From an uncultured virus (IMG/VR IMGVR_UViG_3300020358_000003) (taxonomy: Duplodnaviria; Heunggongvirae; Uroviricota; Caudoviricetes), in the IMG/VR virus record IMGVR_UViG_3300020358_000003: a stretch of DNA of 64,000 nt. One strand, given 5' to 3'. The translations under genes and the position numbers were made by a program. The notes below the pieces were generated by a model. It had not been told where the DNA came from and did no database searches. It saw only the letters and a program-made list of their open reading frames with translations. Every line of letters starts with the position of its first letter. Position 1 is the stretch's first letter. Shown one piece after another: positions 9,328-16,948 of this stretch.

Positions 9328-9438
9328 TCTGGGGTGGTGGAATAGGTAGACACGCGATACTGTTTATATCGTGGATATATAGTTAAGTGTAAAAGACTAT
9401 TTATATTCGTGAAGGTTCGAGTCCTTCCCCCAGAGCCA
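9328..9438 (+). tRNA. atypical tRNA-Asn(GTT) with a 39-nt variable region
   Basis: Acceptor TCTGGGG/CCCCAGA, G73, CCA. Anticodon arm CGATA-CTGTTTA-TATCG. T arm GAAGG-TTCGAGT-CCTTC. Length 111 nt. Confidence 0.8.
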
Positions 9439-9452
9439 AAGGAAATAAAAAA

Positions 9453-10316
9453 ATGATACCAGTGATTGATTTAAATTCTTCATATGCAAATCAGCATATT
9501 GAGGATGCCTACACATCTGTGGGTTTTGCAGTTTTTACTAATAGTTTAACTCAAATTGAAAAGTCTGACATAATTAGTTGGTTTAGCGAAATGAAAGCAT
9601 TTTTCAATTTACCTGATGAAATAAAGAAAAAATATCCATATGAAGGCGATACCAATCTAGGATATAGCATGGTGGGTGATGAAAATGTTGATCCAACAGC
9701 ACCTAAAGACATTAAAGAATCTTTCAATTACAATAATACAAGAATGAGCGAATATCTTTGGCCCAAAGAACTTCCAGGATTTAAAGCAACAGCATTACAA
9801 AGTATTGATGTTGCAGACAAACTTACGATTAGAATACTTAGTAGGTTTGATGAAATTCTAAAATGTGGCACTACTCTTGTGGACGCTCATATGAAACCAT
9901 TTAACACTACAAGAGTTATTCATTACCCAGCCCATGATGGTCCAGTAGAAGATAAGCAAATGAGAATAGGTGAACATAGTGACTATGGTACTATCACATT
10001 ACTGTGGCAAATTAATGATGTTCCAGGATTGCAAGTTCAAGACTTAAAAGGAGAGTGGCATCCAGTGCCATATGATGTTGACGGTGTGGTTGTGAATATT
10101 GGCGATCTACTCCAGAGATGGACAAACGATTACTTTAAAAGCACTAAGCATAGAGTAGTTAATTCGCATATACATAAGACTAGATACAGTATGCCACATT
10201 TTGTTGATCCTACTCCAGGAACAATGGTGAAAAATTTGAGAACCCATGAGGTTGACAAGTACTTACCTATTGAGAGTAAAGAATATTTGATGTGGAGACT
10301 AGCACAAAGTTATTGA
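9453..10316 (+). CDS. isopenicillin N synthase-family 2OG-Fe(II) dioxygenase
   Basis: IPVIDL, HSDYGTITLL (HxD), STKHRV, RYS. Confidence 0.9.
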   Translation: MIPVIDLNSSYANQHIEDAYTSVGFAVFTNSLTQIEKSDIISWFSEMKAFFNLPDEIKKKYPYEGDTNLGYSMVGDENVDPTAPKDIKESFNYNNTRMSEYLWPKELPGFKATALQSIDVADKLTIRILSRFDEILKCGTTLVDAHMKPFNTTRVIHYPAHDGPVEDKQMRIGEHSDYGTITLLWQINDVPGLQVQDLKGEWHPVPYDVDGVVVNIGDLLQRWTNDYFKSTKHRVVNSHIHKTRYSMPHFVDPTPGTMVKNLRTHEVDKYLPIESKEYLMWRLAQSY

Positions 10317-10324
10317 GGTATATT

Positions 10325-11101
10325 ATGCATTCTTTAGTACTATTAGGATATGGGTTTGTTGGTAAGGCAGTACATGACGTACTGAAAGATCATCACAATA
10401 TTATTATTGTAGACCCACAATATTCAAACGACACAGTAGAAGATCAAGTTGGAAAGGATGGTTACATAGTTTGCTTGCCCACCCCTCAAGGACAGTATGG
10501 TGAGTGTGATGTAAGTATTATTTTTGAAATGTTAAATAAAATTCCTGCTGTAGATGGTCAAGTTACAGAGGTTCTTATAAAATCTACTATATCAATAGAA
10601 GGTTGGAGAGAAATTGAAAAAGATAATACGCATTTAAATATATGTTTTTCTCCAGAGTTTTTAACTGCTGCAAAAGCATCTGAAGATTTTAAAAATCAAG
10701 ATAAAATGCTTTTCGGTGGTGGGAATGAAGATTTCTGGATTAATGTTTTTGAACCTTGCAAAAAGTTTGATGCAGTCCGATCATCAATTCCTGAACTCAT
10801 CATAACTAAATATGTTAGAAATTCTTTCCTAGCAACAAAAGTCGCGTTTTTTAATGAAGTTTATGATCTTTGTGCTTCTTTGAATATCCAATACGATGAA
10901 GTATCATATCTCGTAGGTATGGATGAAAGGATTGGATATTCACATATAAGTGTTCCAGGTCCAGATGGTGATAGAGGTTTTGGCGGTGCTTGTTTTCCAA
11001 AAGACACACTTGCTTTGCAGCATTCAGCGGAAAGTAGGGATCAGCATCTTAATATTTTAAATGCTGCAATTGCATCAAATAGAAATAAGAGAAAACTATG
11101 A
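10325..11101 (+). CDS. ugd: UDP-glucose/GDP-mannose dehydrogenase
   Basis: GYGFVG, IKST, SPEFL, GFGGACFPKD; GAGG RBS before ATG 10325. Lacks the C-terminal domain. Confidence 0.85.
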   Translation: MHSLVLLGYGFVGKAVHDVLKDHHNIIIVDPQYSNDTVEDQVGKDGYIVCLPTPQGQYGECDVSIIFEMLNKIPAVDGQVTEVLIKSTISIEGWREIEKDNTHLNICFSPEFLTAAKASEDFKNQDKMLFGGGNEDFWINVFEPCKKFDAVRSSIPELIITKYVRNSFLATKVAFFNEVYDLCASLNIQYDEVSYLVGMDERIGYSHISVPGPDGDRGFGGACFPKDTLALQHSAESRDQHLNILNAAIASNRNKRKL

Positions 11102-11781
11102 AATCATATGTAATAACAATTATGGATATGGAAAAATCTGTCAAGGCAGCGGAAAAGTGTATTCAATCTGCTGCTGAATATGGTGTGACGGTAGAGATGT
11201 TTCCTGCGATAACGCCAAAAGATGATCCTTCAAGAATGATGGACGAGCGCAATATACCAACTTTTAGATTTAATGAAAAATGGTCTAGAACCGAAAGATG
11301 TATGGCAGCATTTTTATCTCATCATAGTCTTTGGAAAAAATGTGAAGAAGAAAAAGATCAATCTTATTTAATTTTGGAGCATGATGCAGTTTTTGAAGGA
11401 AATATCCCAAATATAAGTATGCTTGAGATCAACACAGAGCCACTATTAGTATCTTTGGGGGAACCATCTTATGGTTCATATGAAACTCCAAATACTATTG
11501 GTTTAAATAAATTACAATCAAAATCTTACCTTCCAGGCGCACATGCTTACATGATTAACTATAAGGCAGCACACCAACTTGTCGTTAGAGCAAAAAATGA
11601 CCCTTGCCCAACTGATGTTTTTATTGATAATAGAAGATTTTATTTTTTACATGAATGGAGTCCATTTCCTATTACTGTAAAGGATACTTTCACAACTATA
11701 CAAAGAGAAATCGGATGTGCAAGTAAACACTCTTATAAAAAGACGATTGAAACAGGAAAGGGTAAATATGATATTATTTGA
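11098..11781 (+). CDS. glycosyltransferase family 25-like
   Basis: FLSHHSLW, ILEHDA, GAHAYMI. Confidence 0.8.
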   Translation: MKSYVITIMDMEKSVKAAEKCIQSAAEYGVTVEMFPAITPKDDPSRMMDERNIPTFRFNEKWSRTERCMAAFLSHHSLWKKCEEEKDQSYLILEHDAVFEGNIPNISMLEINTEPLLVSLGEPSYGSYETPNTIGLNKLQSKSYLPGAHAYMINYKAAHQLVVRAKNDPCPTDVFIDNRRFYFLHEWSPFPITVKDTFTTIQREIGCASKHSYKKTIETGKGKYDII

Positions 11782-12487
11782 TAAATGTTTCATCACTGGT
11801 TGTGATGAAAATACTGAATGGATGCTTCCTTGGTTTGTTGAAAATTATAAAACCCATAATGATATTCCTTTAGTTTTTGCAGACTTTGGTGTTAGTTTAG
11901 AATTAAAAAATATGTTATCACACTTAGGTTTTGATCATGTTATAGACATGCGAAACACAATTGCAGATTCTACGATTGGTAATCCAAAAAAATTAGTTAA
12001 TTGGTTTAAAAAACCAAAAGCGATGATAAATTGTTCTAAAATTTCAAATTATAGTTGCTGGATAGATAGTGACATAGAAGTTTTAGCAGATATATCAGAT
12101 ATTTTTAGTTATGTTGTTCCTAACAAATTAGGAATGGTTCAAGACCACCCATGGTCAACAAGAATGAAGCAAACTTGGCATAATTCTGGAATTGTTGCAT
12201 TCAAAGATTGTCCAGAAATTTTAAAGAAATGGTCGCAATATATTGAAAAAGGTGGTCATGGTCAGAGAGGCGATCAGGAAGTACTCCATGCATTGTTAAC
12301 AGCCCCACTTAATAGAATGATACATATTACTGATATTCCAAATGAATATAATTGGTTAAGATTACAATTTGAGAATGATAATCAAAAAAGTGACAATGCA
12401 AAGGCGATTCATTGGACAGGTAGAAAAGGAAAAGCGCGAATTATGAGTAAAATGGGAATGGAAATTATGGAAGATTCTAATGCCTAG
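11768..12487 (+). CDS. glycosyltransferase, GT-A fold (GT8-like)
   Basis: WIDSD, NSGIV, GDQEVL, YNW, IHWTG. Confidence 0.75.
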   Translation: MILFDKCFITGCDENTEWMLPWFVENYKTHNDIPLVFADFGVSLELKNMLSHLGFDHVIDMRNTIADSTIGNPKKLVNWFKKPKAMINCSKISNYSCWIDSDIEVLADISDIFSYVVPNKLGMVQDHPWSTRMKQTWHNSGIVAFKDCPEILKKWSQYIEKGGHGQRGDQEVLHALLTAPLNRMIHITDIPNEYNWLRLQFENDNQKSDNAKAIHWTGRKGKARIMSKMGMEIMEDSNA

Positions 12488-13082
12488 TGTAGCACATATT
12501 ATTGGTAACGGAAAAAGTGCTGGCTTATATAATCCATCAAAGGGTTTAAAGATCGTATGTAATCTTCCACCTATGGAAGTTAACAATGTATATACAACAG
12601 TGATGGTTGATTTTAAAATGATGAAAGCCATATCAACAGGAAGTGTTCAAGTTCTTGGGGATTGGGTATTAGGTGCTAGACCAAAGCATTGGATGGAAAT
12701 GAGAAATGATTTCTATATCCATTATTCAAAACAAATTAAAGAGTTTTATACAGTTCTACCTAAATATGCTTCAAACTATACAGATTTTAATTGTGGGCAT
12801 ATGGCAACACATTACACTGCAAATAAATTAAAAAGAGAAGAGATTCATATGTATGGGTTTGATTCAATGTTTGGTTTTGATATTACAAGTCACTCAGATG
12901 TATATTTACCCTCTCCAAGAGATAATTTAAACACTCAAAGATTGACAGAAAATTGGAGACCTATTTGGCATGGACTATTTAGAGAGTTTCCAAAAACTCA
13001 ATTCGTTATTCATCAAGTGAAGGGTAAATCTTTAGTAAAATTACCTGATAATGTTGAAGTGGTTTATCCAAAGCGCAAATAG
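12480..13082 (+). CDS. putative glycosyltransferase/DUF115-like Rossmann protein
   Basis: IIGNGKS...CN...IHMYGFD pattern. Confidence 0.55.
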   Translation: MPSVAHIIGNGKSAGLYNPSKGLKIVCNLPPMEVNNVYTTVMVDFKMMKAISTGSVQVLGDWVLGARPKHWMEMRNDFYIHYSKQIKEFYTVLPKYASNYTDFNCGHMATHYTANKLKREEIHMYGFDSMFGFDITSHSDVYLPSPRDNLNTQRLTENWRPIWHGLFREFPKTQFVIHQVKGKSLVKLPDNVEVVYPKRK

Positions 13083-13113
13083 TATACTACCCTCATCATA
13101 AAGGAGTCTCCTT

Positions 13114-13142
13114 ATTATACATACGATTGGATGATTCGTCAA
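13114..13142 (-). promoter_or_regulatory. near-consensus sigma70 promoter, antisense to the glyco operon
   Basis: Minus strand TTGACG-17 nt-TATAAT, containing GAATC next to the -35. Confidence 0.6.
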
Positions 13143-13156
13143 CCCTAAAAATATAC

Positions 13157-13185
13157 TTGACAGTAATTTAATTATATGATACTTT
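13157..13185 (+). promoter_or_regulatory. early sigma70 promoter
   Basis: TTGACA-17-TACTTT with an extended TG; GAGAATC downstream. Confidence 0.6.
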
Positions 13186-13216
13186 AAGGTGTAATAAGAA
13201 AGCGTGAGAGAATCAT

Positions 13217-13624
13217 ATGATATTAGAAATCTTAAATAGACCTTCAAAAATCTCAGATGAGATGCTTGATTCTATTGTGAATCATGCAGATAGAGTTCTA
13301 GAATTAGAAGAATTAGAAGAACTTCAAATAGTATTCAAAGCAGAAAATAATGATACTTGTGGTTATTTTGATGGTATTGGTGATGAGGAAGAAGGTGTTG
13401 CTGTTATTGAAATCAATAGTAAGAAACCTATAGATGAAATCGTCAAAACAATATTCCACGAAATTGTTCATGTCCAGCAAGTGTTACATGGATTTTTCTG
13501 TGTTGATGAAAAAACTTGGCATGGTGATTATTTTGGTGATCTTGACTATGATGAAAAGCCTTGGGAGATAGATGCTTTCTCAAAAGAGCGTATGCTTTAT
13601 AGTAGTTGGAAAACTTGTACCTAA
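13217..13624 (+). CDS. HExxH zinc metallopeptidase-like protein
   Basis: FHEIVHVQQ and KPWEIDA. Confidence 0.7.
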   Translation: MILEILNRPSKISDEMLDSIVNHADRVLELEELEELQIVFKAENNDTCGYFDGIGDEEEGVAVIEINSKKPIDEIVKTIFHEIVHVQQVLHGFFCVDEKTWHGDYFGDLDYDEKPWEIDAFSKERMLYSSWKTCT

Positions 13625-13677
13625 AGCCGTAAAAAACACTAAATATAGTATGAGATTAACTACAAGTGCGGTAATAC

Positions 13678-13767
13678 ATGCATCACGAAAAACCTGCCCC
13701 AGTTGATGATCCTTGTGACGATTGGAGCAAAGAGATTGATAGGTTGAGAAAATACTTGACAATCTAA
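13678..13767 (+). CDS. small hypothetical peptide (29 aa)
   Basis: MHHEKPAPVDDPCDDWSKEIDRLRKYLTI in an intergenic gap after ACTAAATA. Confidence 0.3.
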   Translation: MHHEKPAPVDDPCDDWSKEIDRLRKYLTI

Positions 13768-13784
13768 AAAAAATATGCGATAAT
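13756..13784 (+). promoter_or_regulatory. early sigma70 promoter
   Basis: TTGACA-17-GATAAT. Confidence 0.6.
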
Positions 13785-13800
13785 AGAAAATCACTAAATA

Positions 13801-14007
13801 ATGGCAAGGGAAATCGCTATGAGTGAAAATGCATATTGGACTGTAAAGGCGTATAATTGGGATTCTCAAAACAAAAATTTTGTACTTTCTGAGTGGGGGT
13901 CTGGATTTACTCATAATAACGCAGATAGTTACTATAAGAAAATGAGAGTGACTAACAAGTTTGCAAAGTTAACTATGGAAAAAATGCTTGTTGACACACC
14001 CTATTAA
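13801..14007 (+). CDS. hypothetical protein
   Basis: ORF directly behind a promoter. Confidence 0.6.
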   Translation: MAREIAMSENAYWTVKAYNWDSQNKNFVLSEWGSGFTHNNADSYYKKMRVTNKFAKLTMEKMLVDTPY

Positions 14008-14047
14008 GTATGCTATAAAATATATGTAATCAAAAAAAGAGAGAATC
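13991..14047 (+). promoter_or_regulatory. early promoter with GAGAATC leader
   Basis: TTGACA-17-TATAAA, then AGAGAGAATC-ATG. Confidence 0.6.
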
Positions 14048-14344
14048 ATGATTGATATGAATACCCCACAACCTGCTACTAATGACTCTAACTGGCATTA
14101 TTTTCGGTGTGAAGAAGATGCTAGGATCAATCCTATGACTGCCCAAGGTGAGCAATCTAATATGATGCAAGCCGACTTTGGAAAATGGGCCAAGGGTAAC
14201 GGAACTTGGACAACAGTATCTTCTTATTACGAAAATGTACAGATGTGGTATGAAGATACTTCAAATGTAATGTGGATAGGTAATTATCGGTACGGTGAAC
14301 CAGTATATCAAACTGAATATGATGGGATGGAAATCTATGGATGA
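14048..14344 (+). CDS. hypothetical protein
   Basis: ORF behind a promoter, in a tightly packed gene string. Confidence 0.65.
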   Translation: MIDMNTPQPATNDSNWHYFRCEEDARINPMTAQGEQSNMMQADFGKWAKGNGTWTTVSSYYENVQMWYEDTSNVMWIGNYRYGEPVYQTEYDGMEIYG

Positions 14345-14513
14345 TAATGATTTTGCGACTAAGGAAGATATGTTAGAACTAGTTGGAGATACAGTTGCAA
14401 ATCTCAATCATAGGATTGATGTATTGAGTTCTGCTGTTGAAAGCATGATGAGGAATATGAAAGTAATACTTGATATTCACATCTCAAACCAAGATGATGG
14501 CGATTTAGAATGA
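14337..14513 (+). CDS. hypothetical protein
   Basis: Overlaps both neighbours; short coiled-coil-like sequence. Confidence 0.55.
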   Translation: MDDNDFATKEDMLELVGDTVANLNHRIDVLSSAVESMMRNMKVILDIHISNQDDGDLE

Positions 14514-14764
14514 TACGCGCAAAAACACCACAATCAGATATTATAATTGATCTTGATGGGCCAGATGGTAATGCTTTTCAACTACTTGCATATGCAAAAA
14601 AATTAGCGCACCATAAGGGTATGAGAGCATCACCTATTATGTCGGAAATGTGTTCTGGTACAGATTATTGGAAATTAGTTAAGATTTTTGATAAACATTT
14701 CGGTGATATGGTCGTTCTAGAAAGTAGTGATAGAAAACTTATGGAGTTTGTAAATGCGGATTAA
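14510..14764 (+). CDS. conserved phage hypothetical protein
   Basis: IDLDGPDGNAF motif; ATGA overlap. Confidence 0.7.
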   Translation: MIRAKTPQSDIIIDLDGPDGNAFQLLAYAKKLAHHKGMRASPIMSEMCSGTDYWKLVKIFDKHFGDMVVLESSDRKLMEFVNAD

Positions 14765-14963
14765 TTCATATGGACGTACAGCCACGGTAATGTCAACAAT
14801 GCAAAATTTGGCTATTAGAAAAACGGCAAAGAGCAATTTTCGTAGTGTAATGGAATTGGAGCAAATGCCTATGGCAAAAGATAGTGCAAGTCATTCTAAA
14901 AATCATGAAATTGATTATCAAAAACTTGTTGATGCCATTATCAAAAGTGGTGATTTAAAATAA
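14754..14963 (+). CDS. hypothetical protein
   Basis: Overlaps both neighbours. Confidence 0.55.
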   Translation: MRINSYGRTATVMSTMQNLAIRKTAKSNFRSVMELEQMPMAKDSASHSKNHEIDYQKLVDAIIKSGDLK

Positions 14964-15271
14964 TGATATTAAACGTCACAGACAAGGCAAAAGAATATAT
15001 GACCCATCAGTTAGTTTTGGCTGAGAAAAATTATGTACTTCTTGAGGTAAAGGGTGGCGGTTGTAGTGGTTTTAAATATGAATGGTCGTATGTTGAGGAT
15101 AATTCAAAAGGCACTCTGATTGATAATATATTGGTTCTTGATGCTATGGCAGAAATGTTTGTCTTTGGATGTACTGTTGATTACATAACAGAACTTGGTG
15201 GTAATTATTTAATAGTACAAAATCCAAATGCAAAAGCACAATGTGGTTGTGGAGAAAGTTTTGCAGTCTAA
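14963..15271 (+). CDS. A-type Fe-S carrier protein (IscA/HesB/ErpA family)
   Basis: VKGGGCSGFKY and NPNAKAQCGCGESF. Confidence 0.92.
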   Translation: MILNVTDKAKEYMTHQLVLAEKNYVLLEVKGGGCSGFKYEWSYVEDNSKGTLIDNILVLDAMAEMFVFGCTVDYITELGGNYLIVQNPNAKAQCGCGESFAV

Positions 15272-15373
15272 AGATTGGTATTGGTTAAATGACGATGGTA
15301 AGTATGTTGTTGATTGGGACTTACTAATGGATGCGATGATAAATGAATTAAAGAAAGAAATATCAAAAAAGAG

Positions 15374-15402
15374 TTGACAAGCCTTCTTAACTATGCTAAA
15401 TT
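15374..15402 (+). promoter_or_regulatory. early promoter
   Basis: TTGACA-17-TAAATT followed by ATAAGAGTA, the shared leader. Confidence 0.6.
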
Positions 15403-15434
15403 ATAAGAGTAGAAAGAATTATGAAAGTGTTACC

Positions 15435-15701
15435 ATGATTTATAAACAGACCATAAAAGATTCTCGCGATAAAAATAATACCTTGTATGGTATTGGTCGT
15501 AAAGATTCTATGCATGGTAAACAACCAGATGAAGGTGGTTATGCTGTTTGGGTTCGTAGAGGTAATTATTCTGGTAGTGCAAAAGGCGGCATCGCATATA
15601 CATGGCGAAAGGTTAAAGGTGATCTAGGTTATGTTGAGGCTGTAAAGTTGATGAATAAAAGACTTAAAAGAAAAGAGTTTGTTGAAGAATTACCAAAATA
15701 A
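15435..15701 (+). CDS. hypothetical protein
   Basis: ORF behind a promoter; start moved to ATG 15435. Confidence 0.6.
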   Translation: MIYKQTIKDSRDKNNTLYGIGRKDSMHGKQPDEGGYAVWVRRGNYSGSAKGGIAYTWRKVKGDLGYVEAVKLMNKRLKRKEFVEELPK

Positions 15702-15708
15702 AAGTTTT

Positions 15709-15784
15709 GGTCTCTTGGCTCAATGGATAGAGCAACGGCCTTCTAAGCCGTAGGTTGCAAGTTCGAGTCTTGCAGAGACCGCCA
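15709..15784 (+). tRNA. tRNA-Arg(TCT)
   Basis: Cloverleaf; ACGGC-CTTCTAA-GCCGT anticodon arm, GTTCGAG T loop, CCA. Confidence 0.95.
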
Positions 15785-15789
15785 AGAAA

Positions 15790-15985
15790 CTGAGTGAAAA
15801 GTTAAATTGGAACACGAAGTGTTGGAGTTTAAAAAATCATTCAGTGAAATCCTAGTTGTTTTGAAGCCTTGCAAGGTCATTCTAGGTCGGTGAATACTCT
15901 GTACCGACGAAAACCAGAGCGGAATTGTCAACGAGAAAGACAAATAGGGGGTGGAGATTGTGCATAGTCTCCACCCTTGACCCTA
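15790..15985 (+). ncRNA. putative structured non-coding RNA
   Basis: Five consecutive stems and a possible pseudoknot between tRNA-Arg and the next RBS. Confidence 0.45.
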
Positions 15986-16002
15986 ATATAAGGAATAACG
16001 AG

Positions 16003-16191
16003 TTGTATAAATTAGAACGAAATGGTAAAATTGTAGAACGTATCGTAATGTCTGGTGATCTGGGATATAAAGTTTATCAGATTCCAGAAATAATTGATTT
16101 AGTGTTTGATACAAAAGAACAAGCCAAACAAGTGGCAAATATATTGGACGCTAAAGTTGTAGTCCATCAAGAATATGCAAGAGTAGCATAA
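16003..16191 (+). CDS. hypothetical protein
   Basis: AAGGA RBS before TTG 16003. Confidence 0.5.
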   Translation: MYKLERNGKIVERIVMSGDLGYKVYQIPEIIDLVFDTKEQAKQVANILDAKVVVHQEYARVA

Positions 16192-16213
16192 GGAATAAAA
16201 TAAGGAGATTGCA

Positions 16214-16438
16214 ATGCTTACATGCTTAATAGTTGCAGGATCATTATGGATAGGTGATGACACTAGGATGTTTCCAACACAAGGAGCGTTTTATTTTATT
16301 AAACAAAGAGATGTGATTGTAATTTATGATAATTCAAAACGAACAAGAATCGCTAGTTTTGTAATACCAAAGAATGTTAAAGGCGATACTATAAAAGAAG
16401 TATTTGAAAATTGTAATAACGCTCCCATGGTGGAATAG
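16214..16438 (+). CDS. hypothetical protein
   Basis: AAGGAG RBS; 3' end overlaps tRNA-Leu. Confidence 0.6.
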   Translation: MLTCLIVAGSLWIGDDTRMFPTQGAFYFIKQRDVIVIYDNSKRTRIASFVIPKNVKGDTIKEVFENCNNAPMVE

Positions 16439-16507
16439 GTAGACACACCAGACTTAAAATCTGTTGCCCATAGTGGCGTCCCAGTTCAAGTCTGGGTGGG
16501 AGTACCA
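16421..16507 (+). tRNA. tRNA-Leu(TAA)
   Basis: Type II cloverleaf; CCAGA-CTTAAAA-TCTGT anticodon arm, A73, CCA. Confidence 0.95.
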
Positions 16508-16513
16508 AATAAC

Positions 16514-16589
16514 GCGAGAGTAGCATAGTGGTTAATGCGCACCGCTCATAACGGTTTGATCGTAGGTTCAAATCCTACCTCTCGCACCA
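16514..16589 (+). tRNA. tRNA(CAT), Ile2 or elongator Met
   Basis: GCGAGAG/CTCTCGC acceptor, ACCG-CTCATAA-CGGT anticodon arm, CCA. No initiator GGG/CCC stem. Confidence 0.9.
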
Positions 16590-16591
16590 AT

Positions 16592-16599
16592 TATAAATA
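16592..16599 (+). promoter_or_regulatory. T4-type late promoter
   Basis: Intergenic TATAAATA before ORF 16631. Confidence 0.7.
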
Positions 16600-16630
16600 G
16601 CACTATATAAACTAACAAAGGATATTTCAA

Positions 16631-16948
16631 ATGGCAATTAAACCCCCCGCATGGGCAAAAGGCTCACATCCAACAATTAGTGGTTGGATGAAAGGTAGAG
16701 AGTTACTTGTGGCAAAAACAATATCTCAATCGGATATTGATGAATGGAATGGTACTTTAGGTCAACCAGTACCACCTGCTCCAAAACCAGAGCCAGAGCC
16801 AGTAGTAGTAGTAGAAGAAGATTTTTCTGAGATTGAAAATATGTCTAAAAGAGAATTAGAAGAATTTGCAAGAACTAAAGGTGTAGAATTAGACAGACGC
16901 CAAAGTAAAAGATCATTGCTTACCATTGTAAAGGATGTTATGAAATAA
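16631..16948 (+). CDS. hypothetical protein with a C-terminal HeH/Rho-N-like motif
   Basis: Pro-rich linker, then MSKRELEEFARTKGVELDRRQSK. Confidence 0.7.
   Translation: MAIKPPAWAKGSHPTISGWMKGRELLVAKTISQSDIDEWNGTLGQPVPPAPKPEPEPVVVVEEDFSEIENMSKRELEEFARTKGVELDRRQSKRSLLTIVKDVMK

Noticed and set aside
9372..9410. Reading the extra tRNA sequence as an intron, or the tRNA as tRNA-Sec
   Set aside because: The insert lies in the variable region, is too short for a group I intron and shows no clear bulge-helix-bulge. The anticodon is GTT and the acceptor stem is 7 bp.
15790..15920. Hammerhead or HDV-like (theta) ribozyme after tRNA-Arg
   Set aside because: CTGAGTGA does not fit CUGAnGA and is not adjacent to the stem preceding GAAA. 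No P3/P1.1 elements were found.
15925..16002. N-terminal extension of ORF 15925
   Set aside because: It overlaps strong RNA hairpins, and a better RBS precedes TTG 16003.
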